DNA of 64,000 bases from Candidatus Dojkabacteria bacterium. GTDB lineage: Bacteria; Patescibacteriota; Dojkabacteria; JAHIVN01. The position numbers were made by a program, and so were the translations under genes. The notes under the pieces are model-generated. The model worked only from the letters and a program-made list of their open reading frames with translations. It was not told where the DNA came from and searched no databases. The stretch lies in NCBI GenBank assembly GCA_016932045.1, contig JAFGDO010000005.1, positions 36,739 to 100,738 on the forward strand, in the 5' to 3' direction. Of the stretch, positions 62,084 through 64,000 are shown piece by piece; positions within the stretch are counted from its first letter, which is position 1, and every line of letters starts with the position of its first letter.

Positions 62084-62559
62084 TTTAGTGGATAATTTCC
62101 AAAATCTATAAGTTCATCAAGTATATTCATCAACTCTAGTTCTACTACTTAAGTATCCAATCTTTTATGCAAATTGTAAAGACTATTAATGATACTTCTT
62201 AGTTCCTTGTGCTAGTCTTATCCTTTACGTTAAATTCTAGATCCCTTTTGAATGGTAAATAATGGATGAGAAAACTGATAGTTAAACGGATTTTCAAGGG
62301 CTGGCCTGCCTTCCACGTATTACGCGGCTTGTCAGCAAACAGGGATTCCTCAAGTCAATCTAGAAAATTCAAACGCAGTGCAGATTTTTTGTAGAGTGAC
62401 TTAGTCCCAATGGACTTGCTAAATCAGGAGAACTAATACCCTTATTCGGGGGCTTGCCTGCCTGTCGTCAGACAGGGACTCCCTCCTCCATTACATTACA
62501 GAGGACTAATTCGACTAACAAGTTTTACTTCACTTCGTTTGTAAAACTTGAGTCTTATT

Positions 62560-62672
62560 GAGCGAACCAAGATTGGCGGCTTCCCTGTCCGCCTCGGGCG
62601 GAAAAGGCCTATGTCCTACCCGCCTGCAACGCTATGCATAGCATTACAGGCAGACCATTAGACGACCCCTTT
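62560..62672 (-). pseudogene. Degenerate tRNA-Gln-like sequence carrying a 35-nt palindromic insertion in the D-loop
   Basis: The minus-strand reading shares GGGUCGUCUAAUGG, UAGGACA.AGGCCUUU and CUUGGUUCG blocks with the adjacent tRNA-Gln. It is interrupted by UCUGCCUGUAAUGCUAUGCAUAGCGUUGCAGGCGGG, which contains the perfect palindrome GCUAUGCAUAGC. It lacks a complementary acceptor stem, a T-stem partner and a usable anticodon stem. Confidence 0.35.
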
Positions 62673-62805
62673 TAAAATATGCTTTTCCAAAACCAGTCTT
62701 TAACTATTTTTCTCTTAAAATCGCCAACTCTTTTGAGATACAAGCTTCACATAATGATTGTAAAACATAAGTGTAACAGAATCTCATATTCTCGTTTGAA
62801 GGCAA

Positions 62806-62876
62806 TTGCCGGGCTTGGATTCGAACCAAGATCGAAGGCTTCAAAGGCCTTTGTCCTACCATTAGACGACCCGGCA
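62806..62876 (-). tRNA. tRNA-Gln (anticodon UUG)
   Basis: Minus-strand reading: UGCCGGG-UC-GUCU-AAUGGUA-GGAC-A-AAGGC-CUUUGAA-GCCUU-CGAU-CUUGG-UUCGAAU-CCAAG-CCCGGCA-A. The acceptor stem is a perfect 7 bp, the D-stem 4 bp, the anticodon stem 5 bp with a CU-UUG-AA loop, the T-stem 5 bp with a canonical UUCGAAU loop, and the discriminator is A. CCA is not encoded. Confidence 0.85.
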
Positions 62877-63072
62877 TTTACGAAGCATAGCTCGCATTGC
62901 ATTATACTAAAATAAGTGTGACTAAGACAATCTGAAAGAGCCCCTTTTCAGCATTTTTAGAAAAGTTAGTAAAACCCCGACAACTACCCTATAGTAGATT
63001 TTTCTTTTCTTTTTTGATATAATGCCTTTGATTAAATTCTACAAGTTTATACTAATATTATAAGACAAAAAA

Positions 63073-64000
63073 ATGCCTTTTGAAGTTGTAGGTAAAGAAC
63101 AAGCGGAACAGCAAAGACAAACACGTCAGACTGATATGTTTAAAGCTGTAGAGGGTCAACTCCTAAGGCTGGCCGGTGACCCAGCTTTTCATATGGCTGA
63201 TTTATACTTTCGTTTTGGACCTATAGAGAATCTAGTATGGATATTACAAAACAACCCAGGTATAGAGTATGAGGCTCTTCTATCAATAGAGAGACGAAAT
63301 GCACTACTTGAGATTGATGAAGAAACCCAGCCAACTTTACTTGAACACGTGGTGCCATTACCAAATGGCTGTACATTATATACTTTCCAGTTGCAAAGAA
63401 ATCATACATTAGTTGTATATGAGGAACAAAACGGTCTTTGTACATGTTTTTACCACTCTCTTCAAGATAATACTCGCAGGACTTTTTCTGCACAGATTAC
63501 AGAAAGAGATTGGAGTCAGGCTCCAGCCAAAATTACATACATTCAAGATGTTTCTATATCTCAAGAACAGACACAAGCATGGAATTCAGGCATAAAAGAA
63601 ATACTCGCTCGTGCCATCGAAATACAAGGAGAAACGGGAGTGCTTGCAAGGGTTATAACCTATCTCATTCGAACAGCAAATATTGATGCGTCTACAGCTA
63701 GTCAGCCTGGTAGTCCTATTACTATCGATCACTCTACTTACAGTGTGAATCAAGGTACTGTAGCATTCGAGGCTATTTTAGAGGAGGCCAAAGCAGATAA
63801 TCAACCTAGAACAGCAGGTGTTGGGAATAGACTACTCCGTCTTCTTGAGAGAGCAGCTAATGCTTTAATGCCTAAAGGAGCACGAAAAGAAGTACCTGAA
63901 ACCGGTCCTGCAGTTATCAAATATGAACCAGGTAGAGGATTTTCACTTGAAACACTAGCAATTAGAACTCAAGGATTAGGTATTACAATCATTTCAGCAC
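63073..64000 (+). CDS. Hypothetical protein, 3'-partial (runs off the window)
   Basis: Manual translation from ATG 63073 (MPFEVVGKEQAEQQRQTRQ...) stays open for 309 codons to the window end. It shows coding periodicity and higher GC than its surroundings. It is absent from the ORF track because no stop occurs in the window. No motif recognised. Confidence 0.55.
   Translation, partial: MPFEVVGKEQAEQQRQTRQTDMFKAVEGQLLRLAGDPAFHMADLYFRFGPIENLVWILQNNPGIEYEALLSIERRNALLEIDEETQPTLLEHVVPLPNGCTLYTFQLQRNHTLVVYEEQNGLCTCFYHSLQDNTRRTFSAQITERDWSQAPAKITYIQDVSISQEQTQAWNSGIKEILARAIEIQGETGVLARVITYLIRTANIDASTASQPGSPITIDHSTYSVNQGTVAFEAILEEAKADNQPRTAGVGNRLLRLLERAANALMPKGARKEVPETGPAVIKYEPGRGFSLETLAIRTQGLGITIISA

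Noticed and set aside
62250-62700. Possibility that the GC-rich structured block is tmRNA, RNase P RNA or SRP RNA
   Set aside because: I looked on both strands for hallmark strings and did not find any. For tmRNA I looked for a 5' GGGG...UUCGAC start and a 3' T-loop plus CCA-type end. For RNase P I looked for the GGAAAGUCCGG and ACAGAACCCGGCUUA P4 blocks. For SRP I looked for the AGGUCAGG...GAAGGAAGCAGCC domain IV. An unknown structured RNA remains possible (see findings).
62679-62915. 78-aa plus-strand ORF in the track
   Set aside because: It overlaps the tRNA-Gln gene and the tRNA-like remnant. It has no coding signal and is an artefact of the GC-rich RNA region.
1-64000. CRISPR arrays, rRNA genes, transposases or integrases
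   Set aside because: No regularly spaced direct repeats with unique spacers were seen. No rRNA-like conserved stretches are present. No ORF has DDE/serine/tyrosine recombinase motifs. The tandem repeats present are either coding (giant gene) or short intergenic AT-rich arrays.

Overview
This 64 kb window comes from a low-GC (about 35-40%) bacterial genome. Ribosomal protein S20, L21 and L27 genes, gatC-gatA-dtd-pth, ftsE-ftsX-envC, uvrA, truB, asnS, ssb and nth are all present. An intact one-frame prfB (RF2) implies the standard genetic code. Many housekeeping proteins carry lineage-specific insertions or extensions (SEDS, TruB, YbeY, MiaB-like, FtsE) and orphan ORFs are frequent, which fits a CPR/Patescibacteria-like organism; that placement is inference only. 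Coding density is high on both strands and I found no rRNA, CRISPR array or transposase. The accessory content is: (1) a 7.9 kb gene (9312-17249, minus strand) for a 2645-aa N-terminally anchored surface protein built from repeats, immediately upstream of two paralogous ABC-2-type permeases and ssb; (2) a GHMP-kinase / ManC-like nucleotidyltransferase / HAD-phosphatase sugar-activation cassette followed by a GldA/F/G-like ABC system; (3) a tRNA-Gln(UUG) gene beside a degenerate tRNA-like copy that carries a 35-nt palindromic insertion, both embedded in GC-rich hairpin repeats, with compositionally distinct orphan ORFs on either side, one of which runs off the window end and is absent from the ORF track; (4) families of short dispersed intergenic repeats; (5) an FtsE fused to a Lys-rich tail with an RpoA-CTD-like HhH motif. 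Most plus-strand ORFs in the track between 9.6 and 17.2 kb are antisense artefacts of the giant gene.
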